The translations under genes and the position numbers were made by a program. A stretch of DNA of 64,000 bases, taken from contig JBJHCH010000004.1 of the NCBI GenBank assembly GCA_050485905.1, positions 150 through 64,149 of the forward strand, given 5' to 3'. Source of the stretch: Paracoccaceae bacterium (GTDB taxonomy: Bacteria > Pseudomonadota > Alphaproteobacteria > Rhodobacterales > Rhodobacteraceae). Below are positions 36,538 through 47,687 of this stretch, piece after piece. The stretch's first letter is position 1; each line of letters opens with the position of its first letter. Below the pieces are notes generated by a model. That model saw nothing but the letters and a program-made list of their open reading frames with translations. It did not search any database and was not told the origin of the DNA.

Positions 36538-38670
36538 TCAGGCCGCCCGCGCCTCGCGGATCAATTTCAGGATGCCGCGCGCGGCATCGGGGATGTTGGT
36601 GCCGGGGCCGAAGATCGCCTTTACCCCGGCATCATAGAGGAACTGATAATCCTGCTGCGGGATCACCCCGCCGCAGATCACAAGGATCTCGCCCGCGCCC
36701 GCATCCCGCAACGCCGCGACCAGCTTTGGCGCCAGCGTCTTGTGCCCCGCCGCCTGGCTGGAAATGCCGATCACATGCACGTCGTTGTCGATGGCATCCT
36801 GCGCGGCCTCTTCCGGCGTCTGGAACAGAGGCCCGACATCGACATCAAAGCCGATGTCGGCGAATGCCGTGGCGATGACCTTGGCACCCCGGTCGTGGCC
36901 GTCCTGCCCCATCTTCACAACCAGCATCCGCGGGCGGCGGCCCTCTTCCTCGGCAAAGCCCTCGACATCCTTCTGGATCGCGGCGAAGTCATCATCACCT
37001 TCATAGGCCGCGCCATAGACGCCGGCCAGCGTCTTCACCTCGGCCCGGTGGCGGCCGAACACCTTTTCCATCGCCATGCTGATCTCTCCCACCGATGCCC
37101 GCGCCCGCGCCGCCTCGACCGCCGCTTCCAGAATATTGCCGCCCTCGGCCGCGCGGCGTTCCAGTTCCGCCAGCGCGGCGTCGCAGGCCGCCTGATCGCG
37201 GGTGGCGCGGATCTTCTCCAGCTTGGCGATCTGGCTGTCGCGCACCTTCATGTTGTCGATCGACAGCACGTCGATCGGATCCTCGCGCTCCTTGCGATAC
37301 TTGTTCACGCCGACGATGACCTCTTCGCCCCGGTCGATCATCGCCTGCCGCCGGGCGGCGGTTTCCTCGATCCTCAGCTTCGGCATGCCGGTGGCGACGG
37401 CCTTGGTCATGCCGCCCATCTCCTCGACTTCCTCGATCAGCGCCCATGCCTTTTCGGCCAGCTCAGCCGTCAGGCTTTCGACGTAGTAGCTGCCGGCGAG
37501 CGGATCGACGACATGGGTGATGCCCGTCTCCTCTTGCAGGATAAGCTGGGTGTTCCGCGCGATCCGGGCGGAAAACTCGGTCGGCAGGGCCATCGCCTCG
37601 TCAAAGCTGTTGGTGTGGAGCGACTGCGTGCCGCCCAGCACCGCCGCCAAGGCCTCGTAGGCGGTGCGGATGACGTTGTTGTAGGGATCCTGCTCCTGCA
37701 GGCTGACGCCCGAGGTCTGGCAATGGGTGCGCAGCATCAGACTGCCGGGCTTCTTTGCGCCGAATTCGGTCATGATCCGGTGCCAGAGAAGCCGCGCCGC
37801 GCGCAGCTTCGCCGCCTCCATGAACACGTTCATGCCGATGGCGAAGAAGAACGACAGCCGCCCGGCAAAGGCATCCACATCCATGCCGCGCGCGATGGCG
37901 GTGCGCACATATTCGCGCCCGTCGGCCAGGGTGAAGCCAAGCTCCTGCACCAGGTTCGCGCCGGCCTCCTGCATGTGATAGCCGGAGATCGAGATGGAGT
38001 TGAACTTCGGCATCTCGGTGGCGGTGTATTCGATGATGTCGGCCACGATCCGCATCGAGGGTTCGGGCGGAAAGATGTAGGTGTTCCGCACCATGAATTC
38101 CTTCAGGATGTCGTTCTGAATCGTGCCCGAGAGTTTCGCGCGCGAAACACCCTGTTCCTCTCCCGCGACGATGAAGCTGGCCAGCACCGGGATCACCGCG
38201 CCGTTCATGGTCATGGAAACCGAGACCTGATCGAGCGGGATGCCGTCGAACAGGATCTTCATATCCTCGACCGAGTCGATGGCGACGCCGGCCTTGCCCA
38301 CGTCGCCCTCTACCCGCGGATGATCGCTGTCATAGCCGCGGTGGGTGGCAAGGTCGAAGGCGACCGAGACGCCCTGCTGGCCGGCTGCCAGCGCCTTGCG
38401 GTAGAAGTCGTTGGATTCCTCCGCCGTGGAGAAGCCGGCATATTGCCGGATCGTCCAGGGCCGGCCGGCATACATCGTCGCGCGGGGTCCGCGCACGAAC
38501 GGCGCGATGCCGGGCAGGCTGTCCAGATGGGTCAGCCCGGTCAGGTCATCGGCGGTGTAAAGCGGGCGGACGGCAATGCCTTCCAGCGTGTTCCAGGTCA
38601 GGTCCGCAGGGTCGGCACCACGCAATTCCTTGCGCGCCAGATCGGCCCAGATTTCGCGCTTTTCGGTCAT
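36538..38670 (-). CDS. mcm: Methylmalonyl-CoA mutase (single-chain, about 710 aa, B12-dependent)
   Basis: 710 aa with an N-terminal TIM-barrel substrate domain and a C-terminal B12-binding domain carrying the DxHxxG motif ([12 protein letters not shown]). Confidence 0.95.
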   Translation of the reverse strand: MTEKREIWADLARKELRGADPADLTWNTLEGIAVRPLYTADDLTGLTHLDSLPGIAPFVRGPRATMYAGRPWTIRQYAGFSTAEESNDFYRKALAAGQQGVSVAFDLATHRGYDSDHPRVEGDVGKAGVAIDSVEDMKILFDGIPLDQVSVSMTMNGAVIPVLASFIVAGEEQGVSRAKLSGTIQNDILKEFMVRNTYIFPPEPSMRIVADIIEYTATEMPKFNSISISGYHMQEAGANLVQELGFTLADGREYVRTAIARGMDVDAFAGRLSFFFAIGMNVFMEAAKLRAARLLWHRIMTEFGAKKPGSLMLRTHCQTSGVSLQEQDPYNNVIRTAYEALAAVLGGTQSLHTNSFDEAMALPTEFSARIARNTQLILQEETGITHVVDPLAGSYYVESLTAELAEKAWALIEEVEEMGGMTKAVATGMPKLRIEETAARRQAMIDRGEEVIVGVNKYRKEREDPIDVLSIDNMKVRDSQIAKLEKIRATRDQAACDAALAELERRAAEGGNILEAAVEAARARASVGEISMAMEKVFGRHRAEVKTLAGVYGAAYEGDDDFAAIQKDVEGFAEEEGRRPRMLVVKMGQDGHDRGAKVIATAFADIGFDVDVGPLFQTPEEAAQDAIDNDVHVIGISSQAAGHKTLAPKLVAALRDAGAGEILVICGGVIPQQDYQFLYDAGVKAIFGPGTNIPDAARGILKLIREARAA

Positions 38671-38781
38671 CGCCGCAGCCCCCCCTTGCCGTGGCCGCAG
38701 GTGCGCGCGCGCACGACAGCGTGAAATTCCCCCTGTGTATTCCGGCGCGAACCGCCTATATCAACGACAACAGGAGGACGC

Positions 38782-39282
38782 ATGAAGTCGGTCTTTACGC
38801 TTGTATTGGCGGCGTTTCTGCCCGCAACCGCCCTTGCGACAGAGGCCGCAGAACAGCCCGTCGCGATGGAAGAGGTGATCGTCGAACCCGACGCCGAAGA
38901 GCCCGAGGGCTTCTTTGCATACAACGCCGTGGACATCGATCTGGCCGATTTCCTGTGGGAGCGGCGGGTGATCGTGGTGTTTTCCGACACCCCGGCAGAC
39001 CCGCAGTTCAACCAGCAGATGCGCATTCTGGAACAGGGGTATGACGAGTTGCTGGCTCGCGACGCGGTGATCGTGGTCGATACCGACCCGGCCGCCCGGT
39101 CGCAGCCGCGACAGCGCCTGCGGCCGCGGGGATTCAGCCTGGTCTTCGTGGACAAGGACGGCGACGTGAAGCAGCGCAAGCCGAACCCCTGGTCGATCCG
39201 CGAGTTGAGCCACGCCATCGACCGCACGCCGCTGCGCCGGCAGGAGATGCTGGAGCAGCTGCCGGGGCGGACGTCGAACTGA
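38782..39282 (+). CDS. DUF4174-like secreted protein
   Basis: 166 aa. Signal peptide MKSVFTLVLAAFLPATALA and RBS aggagga. It is the only plus-strand gene between mcm and pccA. Confidence 0.7.
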   Translation: MKSVFTLVLAAFLPATALATEAAEQPVAMEEVIVEPDAEEPEGFFAYNAVDIDLADFLWERRVIVVFSDTPADPQFNQQMRILEQGYDELLARDAVIVVDTDPAARSQPRQRLRPRGFSLVFVDKDGDVKQRKPNPWSIRELSHAIDRTPLRRQEMLEQLPGRTSN

Positions 39283-39292
39283 AGGCGGCCGG

Positions 39293-41293
<2,001 letters not shown>

Positions 41294-41328
41294 TCCGGCC
41301 CCCTGCGATGCCGGTCAGCGCACGGCAT

Positions 41329-41360
41329 GAAAAACGCCGCGAGGGGCAAGCCCCCGCGGC
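41329..41360 (-). terminator. Intrinsic terminator between the small lipoprotein gene and pccA
   Basis: The minus strand reads gccgcgggggcttgcccctcgcggc followed by gttttt. It lies about 36 nt upstream of the pccA start. Confidence 0.55.
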
Positions 41361-41413
41361 GCACATCAGAGTATGTCTCAGGTATCAGGCCGGAAGCCCG
41401 GCCCCTGCAGCGA

Positions 41414-41617
41414 TCAGCGGCAGCGGTGCGGATACATCTGGCAGAAGGCGACGTTGCCGCCGGCACCGATGACAGCGCCGGTGATCGGATCGCCGTCGGT
41501 GACCACCGCGACGCCGGCGCCTGCCGCGCCACCAAAGACCGCCTGTTCGCCCAGCGTGTTTCCGCAGGCAGCGACCCCGAGAACCAGCCCGAAGGCCAAA
41601 ATCCATTTCTTCTGCAT
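41414..41617 (-). CDS. Small glycine-rich lipoprotein (67 aa)
   Basis: MQKKWILAFGLVLGVAAC lipobox, followed by Gly/Ala-rich glycine-zipper-like segments. RBS aggaga. Followed by the terminator listed above. Confidence 0.6.
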   Translation of the reverse strand: MQKKWILAFGLVLGVAACGNTLGEQAVFGGAAGAGVAVVTDGDPITGAVIGAGGNVAFCQMYPHRCR

Positions 41618-41726
41618 CGCTCAACGTCTCCTGTGTTGTTTGATCCAAATCCTATGCGACGAAGACTGCCCAAGAAAGACAAACCTGCGTCAGACAATGG
41701 CATAACGCGGTTCTCCGCCGAAAGTT

Positions 41727-42110
41727 TCATTCGTCATCGCCTTTTTCTTCGAATTCTGAATCGAACTCGTCGAAAGCCTCGGGGAATGAGGCGCGGGCGC
41801 GGCGTTCGTCGATACGCAGCAGAGCCTCGTAATCCTCGGGGTCAAAGGGCTGCTGGGCCGCCACCACCTCGCGGCCGAACAGCCACGACAGGCGCCCGGC
41901 ATCCAGATTGCCGCGCTCGAACGGATCGGGGCCGAAATGCTGCCAGAGCGCGGCCATGAAGGCCGTGTCCACCGCGCGATCCACCTTCTTGCGATCCGCA
42001 TAGCGTTCGCGAGCGATCAGCTTGGTCGCGCCGTCCTTGTTGGCACGGCGGATGGTGAACTGGAAATCGGTTCCGGGGTAACGCCCCGGAAAACCGCGGT
42101 GTTTCAGCAT
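41727..42110 (-). CDS. Hypothetical cytoplasmic protein with an acidic C-terminal tail (127 aa)
   Basis: Genome-typical codon usage rich in G/C at the third position. No family that I recognise. C-terminus DEFDSEFEEKGDDE. Confidence 0.55.
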   Translation of the reverse strand: MLKHRGFPGRYPGTDFQFTIRRANKDGATKLIARERYADRKKVDRAVDTAFMAALWQHFGPDPFERGNLDAGRLSWLFGREVVAAQQPFDPEDYEALLRIDERRARASFPEAFDEFDSEFEEKGDDE

Positions 42111-42185
42111 GGCTGCACCCCGCGGACAGTGATCGCTTGGCGGAGGCCCGCACCGGGCCGGCCCCCGCCGGGGCGCGGCTGCGCC

Positions 42186-42314
42186 TTACATCTTGCCCTG
42201 GTAGACCGGCTCGGCCGGAACCGGGGCGACATAGACCGGCTCTGGCTTGGGCGCGCAGGCTGCGGCAAAGGCCACGAGGCAGAATGCGACGATGGTTTTC
42301 TTGGTATTGGACAT
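42186..42314 (-). CDS. Tiny lipoprotein-like ORF (42 aa), absent from the supplied ORF track
   Basis: My own translation gives MSNTKKTIVAFCLVAFAAACAPKPEPVYVAPVPAEPVYQGKM followed by a stop. An AGGAG RBS lies 7 nt upstream. There is a signal-like N-terminus with a Cys after AAA, and EPVY occurs twice. Confidence 0.5.
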   Translation of the reverse strand: MSNTKKTIVAFCLVAFAAACAPKPEPVYVAPVPAEPVYQGKM

Positions 42315-42480
42315 GCTCGACTCCTGTAGCTTCGATAGCTTCGTTTCGTTCGGCTGCGCCGTGACGGGGCATCGCCCGGCAGGGCCACCCGATTAAGGGA
42401 TGCGCCATCACAGCCGAACAAACAAGTGTGTTCGTTGCCGCGGGCGATCATCCGCCGGTTGCGCGGGCGTGGCTGCAACA

Positions 42481-42867
42481 TCAGAAATCCTCGCTGAAGC
42501 ACAGGCCATCCTCGACCCGGTAGGCTTCGAACATCTGTTCCAGTTCGGGATCGAAGTCGCCGAATTCCGACTCGCGGTCCGCCAGCGAAACGATGACCAG
42601 ATCCGGCGCGCGGCCGTCACGCTCCACCTCGGGCACCGCGACCTGAAGGCACAGGGCGTCAAGATCACTCAGCACATGCTCGTAGGCCATGCCCGCCAGC
42701 CCCGGCGCGACAAAGCGGAACCGCGCCCACAGCGTATCGACCTCCTCGCCCTCCTGCCACAGCACCTCTTGCAGCGCGACCTCGTTGCCCGACGGCACAA
42801 GGATGCGCGACGCCACCGCAGGACCGGCGATGCCAAGCGAGATGAGGAGGATCAGCGCGCGCATCAT
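42481..42867 (-). CDS. Secreted hypothetical protein (about 128 aa)
   Basis: Track ORF 42481..42897. A start at ATG 42867 or 42864 overlaps the pccB stop (TGATGATG) and gives the signal peptide [20 protein letters not shown]. Confidence 0.6.
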   Translation of the reverse strand: MMRALILLISLGIAGPAVASRILVPSGNEVALQEVLWQEGEEVDTLWARFRFVAPGLAGMAYEHVLSDLDALCLQVAVPEVERDGRAPDLVIVSLADRESEFGDFDPELEQMFEAYRVEDGLCFSEDF

Positions 42868-44399
42868 CACAGCGGGATGTTGTCGTGCTTCTTCCACGGG
42901 TTCGTCTGCCGCTTGCTGCGCAGCGACGCGAACGCGCGGCAGACCCGGCGCCGGGTCGAATGGGGCATGATCACCTCGTCTATGAAGCCCTTTTCGGCGG
43001 CGACGAAGGGATTGGCAAAGCGATCCTCGTAATCCTTGGTGCGCGCCGCGATCTTTTCCGGCTCGCCCAATTCGCTGCGATAAAGGATCTCCACCGCGCC
43101 CTTGGCCCCCATCACCGCGATCTCGGCGGTGGGCCAGGCATAGTTGAAATCGCCGCGCAGATGCTTGGAACTCATCACGTCATAGGCACCGCCATAGGCC
43201 TTGCGGGTGATCACCGTCACCTTGGGCACCGTCGCTTCGCCATAGGCGAACAGAAGTTTCGCGCCGTGCTTGATGACGCCACCATATTCCTGCCCGGTCC
43301 CCGGCAGGAAGCCCGGCACATCGACAAAGGTCAGGATCGGAATTTCGAAGGCGTCGCAGAACCGCACGAAGCGCGCGGCCTTGCGGCTGGCGTCGATATC
43401 GAGGCATCCGGCCAGCACCATCGGCTGGTTCGCCACCACGCCCACGGTCGATCCCTCCAGCCGGATGAAGCCGGTGATGATGTTCTTGGCGAAGTCTTCC
43501 TGGATCTCGTAGAAATCGCCCTCGTCCGCCACCTTCTGGATCAGCTCCTTCATGTCGTAGGGCTGGTTCGGGTTTTCGGGGATCAGCGTATCGAGGCTCG
43601 GCTCCAGCCGTGCGGGATCGTCGAAGAACGGCCGCAGCGGGGGTTTCTCGCGGTTCGACCGGGGCAGAAAGTCGATCAGCCTCCGCACCTCGGTCAGCGA
43701 CTCGACATCGTTTTCAAACGCCGCATCGGCGACCGAGGATTTGCGGGTATGCGTGCTGGCACCGCCCAGTTCCTCGGCCGTGACCACCTCGTTCGTCACG
43801 GTCTTCACCACGTCGGGGCCGGTGACGAACATGTAGGACGTGTCCTTCACCATGAAGATGAAATCGGTCATCGCCGGGGAATAGACCGCGCCGCCCGCAC
43901 ATGGCCCCATGATGACGCTGATCTGCGGCACCACGCCCGATGCCAGGATGTTGCGCTGGAACACCTCGCCGTAGGCGGCAAGGCTGGCGACACCCTCCTG
44001 TATCCGCGCGCCGCCGCTGTCGTTCAGCCCGATGACCGGCGCGCCGTTCTGGATCGCCATATCCATGATCTTGCAGATCTTCTGGCCATGCGTCTCGCTG
44101 ACGGAACCGCCCATGACGGTGAAGTCCTGGGAAAAGACATAGACCATGCGGCCGTTGACCGTGCCCCAGCCGGTCACCACGCCGTCGCCATAGGGCCGGT
44201 CGTCCTGCATCCCGAAATCGGTGCAGCGGTGGGCGACGAACATGTCGAATTCCTCGAAACTGCCCTCGTCCAGCAGCAGTTCGATCCGCTCGCGCGCGGT
44301 CAGCTTGCCCTTGGCGTGCTGCGCCGCCACCCGGCGCTCGCCGCCGCCAGCGCGCGCATTGGCGCGGCGATGTTCAAGCTCCTGCAGGATTGCCGTCAT
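42867..44399 (-). CDS. pccB: Propionyl-CoA carboxylase beta subunit (carboxyltransferase)
   Basis: Track ORF 42867..44474. I moved the start to ATG 44399 ([20 protein letters not shown]). Carboxyltransferase N- and C-domains are present. Confidence 0.95.
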   Translation of the reverse strand: MTAILQELEHRRANARAGGGERRVAAQHAKGKLTARERIELLLDEGSFEEFDMFVAHRCTDFGMQDDRPYGDGVVTGWGTVNGRMVYVFSQDFTVMGGSVSETHGQKICKIMDMAIQNGAPVIGLNDSGGARIQEGVASLAAYGEVFQRNILASGVVPQISVIMGPCAGGAVYSPAMTDFIFMVKDTSYMFVTGPDVVKTVTNEVVTAEELGGASTHTRKSSVADAAFENDVESLTEVRRLIDFLPRSNREKPPLRPFFDDPARLEPSLDTLIPENPNQPYDMKELIQKVADEGDFYEIQEDFAKNIITGFIRLEGSTVGVVANQPMVLAGCLDIDASRKAARFVRFCDAFEIPILTFVDVPGFLPGTGQEYGGVIKHGAKLLFAYGEATVPKVTVITRKAYGGAYDVMSSKHLRGDFNYAWPTAEIAVMGAKGAVEILYRSELGEPEKIAARTKDYEDRFANPFVAAEKGFIDEVIMPHSTRRRVCRAFASLRSKRQTNPWKKHDNIPL

Positions 44400-44467
44400 T
44401 CCGCCCCTCCCCCGAGTTGCGGCACCATAGCCGCCGGGCCGCGCGGGAAAAAGCGGTTTTCGGGATA

Positions 44468-44508
44468 TTTGCAAACCTTTAGCAGAGCCGTTTTGGCAAA
44501 TTGCGAAA
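44468..44508. promoter_or_regulatory. TTTGCAAA-type boxes upstream of pccB (candidate PccR/ScfR operator)
   Basis: A perfect palindromic tttgcaaa at 44468-44475 is followed by cc-tttagcagag. The degenerate repeats tttggcaaa and ttgcgaaa lie at 44492-44508. Confidence 0.4.
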
Positions 44509-44595
44509 TAGGCAATCCCTGCCTGTCCGGCTCTGGCAGCGGTGACGGGATCAGCCTATATGCGCGCGATTGTCCCACGCAGATCAAGGCGCCCC

Positions 44596-44970
44596 ATGCC
44601 GTCCTTCCCGCTTTCCCTGCCGCCCATCCCGGTGCCGGTACTGACCATCGGATTGCTTGTCGCGTCCAACATCTTCATGACCTTCGCCTGGTATGGGCAT
44701 CTGAAATACAAGACCGCGCCGCTGGTCACGGTGATCCTGATAAGCTGGGGCATCGCCTTCTTCGAGTATGTCCTGCAGGTGCCCGCCAACCGCATCGGGC
44801 ACGGGCATTTCTCGGCCGCCGAACTGAAGACGATACAAGAGGTCATCACCCTGACCGTCTTTGCCATCTTCTCGGTCTGGTTCCTGAAGGAACCTCTGCA
44901 CTGGAACCACGCCATTGGCTTTGGCTTCATCGCACTTGGCGCCTTCTTCATCTTTCACAAATGGGCCTGA
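44596..44970 (+). CDS. DUF486-family (DMT-like) small membrane protein
   Basis: Track ORF 44542..44970. I moved the start to ATG 44596. 124 aa with four TM segments (NIFMTFAWYGHLKY). Confidence 0.75.
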   Translation: MPSFPLSLPPIPVPVLTIGLLVASNIFMTFAWYGHLKYKTAPLVTVILISWGIAFFEYVLQVPANRIGHGHFSAAELKTIQEVITLTVFAIFSVWFLKEPLHWNHAIGFGFIALGAFFIFHKWA

Positions 44971-44996
44971 CGCCGCATTGCTGCACATGTTAGCGA

Positions 44997-46244
44997 ATGG
45001 ACAAGCCGCGCGTTCGGCAATATGCATCTGAAATGACCCGGCATGACGCGCGGTTCCTGGACCGCACCACCCCACCCCATGTGATGACGCTTGTGCTGCT
45101 GGCCGGGCTGGCGGCGCTGGCGATGAACGTCTTTCTGCCGTCGCTGCCGGGGATGGCTGCGTATTTTCAGGCCGACTATGCGCTCATGCAGCTTTCCGTC
45201 TCGCTCTACCTCGCGGTCAACGCGGTGCTGCAACTGATCGTCGGCACGGTGTCCGACCGCTTCGGCCGCCGCCCGGTTCTGCTGTGGTCGATCGGGCTGT
45301 TCGTTCTGGCCACGATCGGCACGCTTCTGGCCCCCACGATCGAGCTGTTCCTGTTCTTCCGCATGGCGCAGGCGGTGGTCGTTTCAGCCATGGTGCTCAG
45401 CCGGGCGGTGATCCGCGACATGGTGCCCCAGAACGAGGCCGCGTCGATGATCGGCTATGTCACCATGGGCATGGCCATCGTGCCGATGATCGCGCCGATG
45501 ATCGGCGGCGGGCTGGACGAGGTGTTCGGCTGGAAGGCCAGCTTCGTGCTGATGCTGGTCGCCGGTATCGCCGCCTTCTGGCTGACCTGGGCCGATCTGG
45601 GCGAGACTGCGCAGACGCGGCCCGCCAGCTTCGCCGCCCAGGTGCGCGAATATCCCGAACTGCTCACCTCCCGCCGGTTCTGGGGCTACTGCCTGTCGGC
45701 AGCGTTCTCTTCGGGCTCGTTCTTCGCCTATCTGGGCGGCGCCCCCTTTGTGGGAAGCCAGGTCTTTGGCCTGTCCCCGGCGGCGCTGGGCATCTATTTC
45801 GGCGCACCGGCCGTGGGCTATGCGACCGGCAACTTCCTCTCGGGCCGCTATTCCATCCGCATCGGGATCAACAGCATGGTGCTGTGGGGCGCGCTGATCT
45901 GCGGCGGCGGGCTGTTCGTGCTGTGCCTGCTGACCCTGCTGGGGCTGACCACGGCCGAGATCTTCTTTGGCTTCTTCATCTTCGTGGGTCTGGGCAACGG
46001 GCTGGTACTGCCGAACGCCACCGCCGGGATGCTGTCGGTGCGCCCGCATCTGGCCGGCACCGCCTCGGGCCTTGGCGGGGCCATCATGATCGGGGGCGGC
46101 GCGGCGCTGTCGGCGCTGGCGGGCGTGCTGCTGCAACCCGGTTCCGGTGCGATGCCGCTTTTGTGGCTGATGCTCGCCACCTCGGCCGCCGGGATCGCCT
46201 GCATCATCTACGTCATCCGCCGCGAGCGCGAGGTGATCGGCTGA
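44997..46244 (+). CDS. MFS transporter, Bcr/CflA-type drug-resistance family
   Basis: 415 aa with 12 TM segments and MFS motif A (GTVSDRFGRRPVLL). The start is uncertain: 44997 or ATG 45033. Confidence 0.85.
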   Translation: MDKPRVRQYASEMTRHDARFLDRTTPPHVMTLVLLAGLAALAMNVFLPSLPGMAAYFQADYALMQLSVSLYLAVNAVLQLIVGTVSDRFGRRPVLLWSIGLFVLATIGTLLAPTIELFLFFRMAQAVVVSAMVLSRAVIRDMVPQNEAASMIGYVTMGMAIVPMIAPMIGGGLDEVFGWKASFVLMLVAGIAAFWLTWADLGETAQTRPASFAAQVREYPELLTSRRFWGYCLSAAFSSGSFFAYLGGAPFVGSQVFGLSPAALGIYFGAPAVGYATGNFLSGRYSIRIGINSMVLWGALICGGGLFVLCLLTLLGLTTAEIFFGFFIFVGLGNGLVLPNATAGMLSVRPHLAGTASGLGGAIMIGGGAALSALAGVLLQPGSGAMPLLWLMLATSAAGIACIIYVIRREREVIG

Positions 46245-46262
46245 CGGGCTTGCGGGCCGCGC

Positions 46263-46284
46263 TTTGCAAAGGTTAGGTAGCAGC
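46263..46284. promoter_or_regulatory. TTTGCAAA box upstream of pccR (candidate autoregulatory ScfR site)
   Basis: tttgcaaa-gg-ttaggtagcagc. It shares the TTTGCAAA-NN-TT(T)AG..GCAG pattern with the pccB upstream box. A further gttgcaaa overlaps the start codon. Confidence 0.35.
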
Positions 46285-46301
46285 GCCAGCAGGGGTTGCA
46301 A

Positions 46302-47687
46302 ATGTCGGTCCAGAAACTCTACGCCGGGGTGAAGCTGCGCGAGACGCGGATGCGGCTGGGGCTGACGCAGAAGGCCTTCGCCGGAAAGCTCGGCGTCTCG
46401 CTGCCCTATCTGAACCAGATGGAAAACAACCACCGCCCGGTCAGCGCGGGGGTGGTGCTGGCGCTGGCGCAGGAGTTCGGCTTTGACGTGACCGAGCTGT
46501 CCACCGGCGATGCCGAACGCGTGGTGTCGGACATGCGCGAGGCGCTGGCCGATCCGGTCTTTGCCGATCCCGCCCCGCCACTGGCCGACCTGCGCCTTGC
46601 AGCCTCGAACGCCCCGGCGCTGGCGCGTGCCTTTCTGGATCTGCACCGCGCCTACCGGCAGGCGCAGGAACGCATGGCCTCGCTGGACGAGGCGCTGGGC
46701 CGCGACGGCAGCGCGCTCCAGCCCTCGCCCTGGGACGAGGTGCGGGATTTCTTTCACTATTGCGACAATTACATCGACGCGGTGGACCGCGCGGCCGAGC
46801 ATTTCGCCGGCGACGCGCGCGACGTGGTCGCCACGGCGACCGAGGCGCTGGCGCTGCGCGGCATCAGCGTCGCCTTCACCGACGCGCCCGCGCTGCGCAG
46901 CCACGACGTCGGCGCGCGCAGCGTCACCATCTCCACCGCCACCGCCCCCGCGACCCAGCGGTTCCAGCTGCTGCACCAGCTTGCCCTTCTGACCCAGAAC
47001 GACCTGCTGGAGGCGACGCTGGACCTTGCCCGCTTTCAGTCCGACACCGCGCGGGCCATCGCCAAGGTCGGCATGGCGAACTATTTCGCCGGCGCCGCCC
47101 TGCTGCCCTACCGCGCCTTCCTGTCGGCCGCGCGCGAGACGCGCCACGACCTCGAACGCCTGGCCGACCGCTTCGGCGCCAGCATCGAACAGGTCGCGCA
47201 CCGGCTGTCCACGCTCCAGCGCCCCGGCCTGAAGGGCATCCCCTTCTTCTTCGTCCGCGTCGATCAGGCCGGCACGATCACCAAGCGCCACTCCGCCACC
47301 CGCCTGCAATTCGCCCGCTTCGGCGGCGCCTGCCCGCTGTGGAACGTCCACCGCGCGTTCGAAACCCCCGGCCGCTTCCTGCGCCAGCTTGCCGAAACGC
47401 CGGACGGCGTGCGCTACCTCTGCCTCGCGCGCGAAGTCTCCAAACCCGGCGGCTCCTACCACGCCCCGGTCCGCCGCTACGCCATCGGCCTGGGGTGCGA
47501 GGTGCAGCACGCCCGCGATCTGGTCTATGCCGACGATCTGGACCTGACCCGCCGGTTCGAGCCCATCGGCATCTCCTGCCGGATCTGCGAACGGCGCGAC
47601 TGCCACCAGCGCTCCGTCCCGCCGCTGGAACGGCAACTGACCATCGACCCCGACCGCCGCGGCCTGCTGCCCTACGAGATCGGCTAG
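46302..47687 (+). CDS. pccR: Short-chain fatty acyl-CoA regulator family protein (XRE helix-turn-helix plus ImmA/IrrE-like peptidase plus DUF2083), PccR-like
   Basis: N-terminal XRE helix-turn-helix (LRETRMRLGLTQKAFAGKLGVSLPYLNQMENNHRPVS) and a C-terminal Cys cluster (CRICERRDCHQRS). It is linked to the pcc locus. ATG 46302 is preferred over TTG 46296. Confidence 0.8.
   Translation: MSVQKLYAGVKLRETRMRLGLTQKAFAGKLGVSLPYLNQMENNHRPVSAGVVLALAQEFGFDVTELSTGDAERVVSDMREALADPVFADPAPPLADLRLAASNAPALARAFLDLHRAYRQAQERMASLDEALGRDGSALQPSPWDEVRDFFHYCDNYIDAVDRAAEHFAGDARDVVATATEALALRGISVAFTDAPALRSHDVGARSVTISTATAPATQRFQLLHQLALLTQNDLLEATLDLARFQSDTARAIAKVGMANYFAGAALLPYRAFLSAARETRHDLERLADRFGASIEQVAHRLSTLQRPGLKGIPFFFVRVDQAGTITKRHSATRLQFARFGGACPLWNVHRAFETPGRFLRQLAETPDGVRYLCLAREVSKPGGSYHAPVRRYAIGLGCEVQHARDLVYADDLDLTRRFEPIGISCRICERRDCHQRSVPPLERQLTIDPDRRGLLPYEIG

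Noticed and set aside
36490-38724. 744-aa plus-strand ORF
   Set aside because: It is fully antisense to methylmalonyl-CoA mutase, and its product has an Arg/His/Gly-rich composition typical of GC artefacts.
42885-44993. 702-aa plus-strand ORF
   Set aside because: It is antisense to pccB and runs through the promoter region into the DUF486 gene in a different frame. It has no domains.
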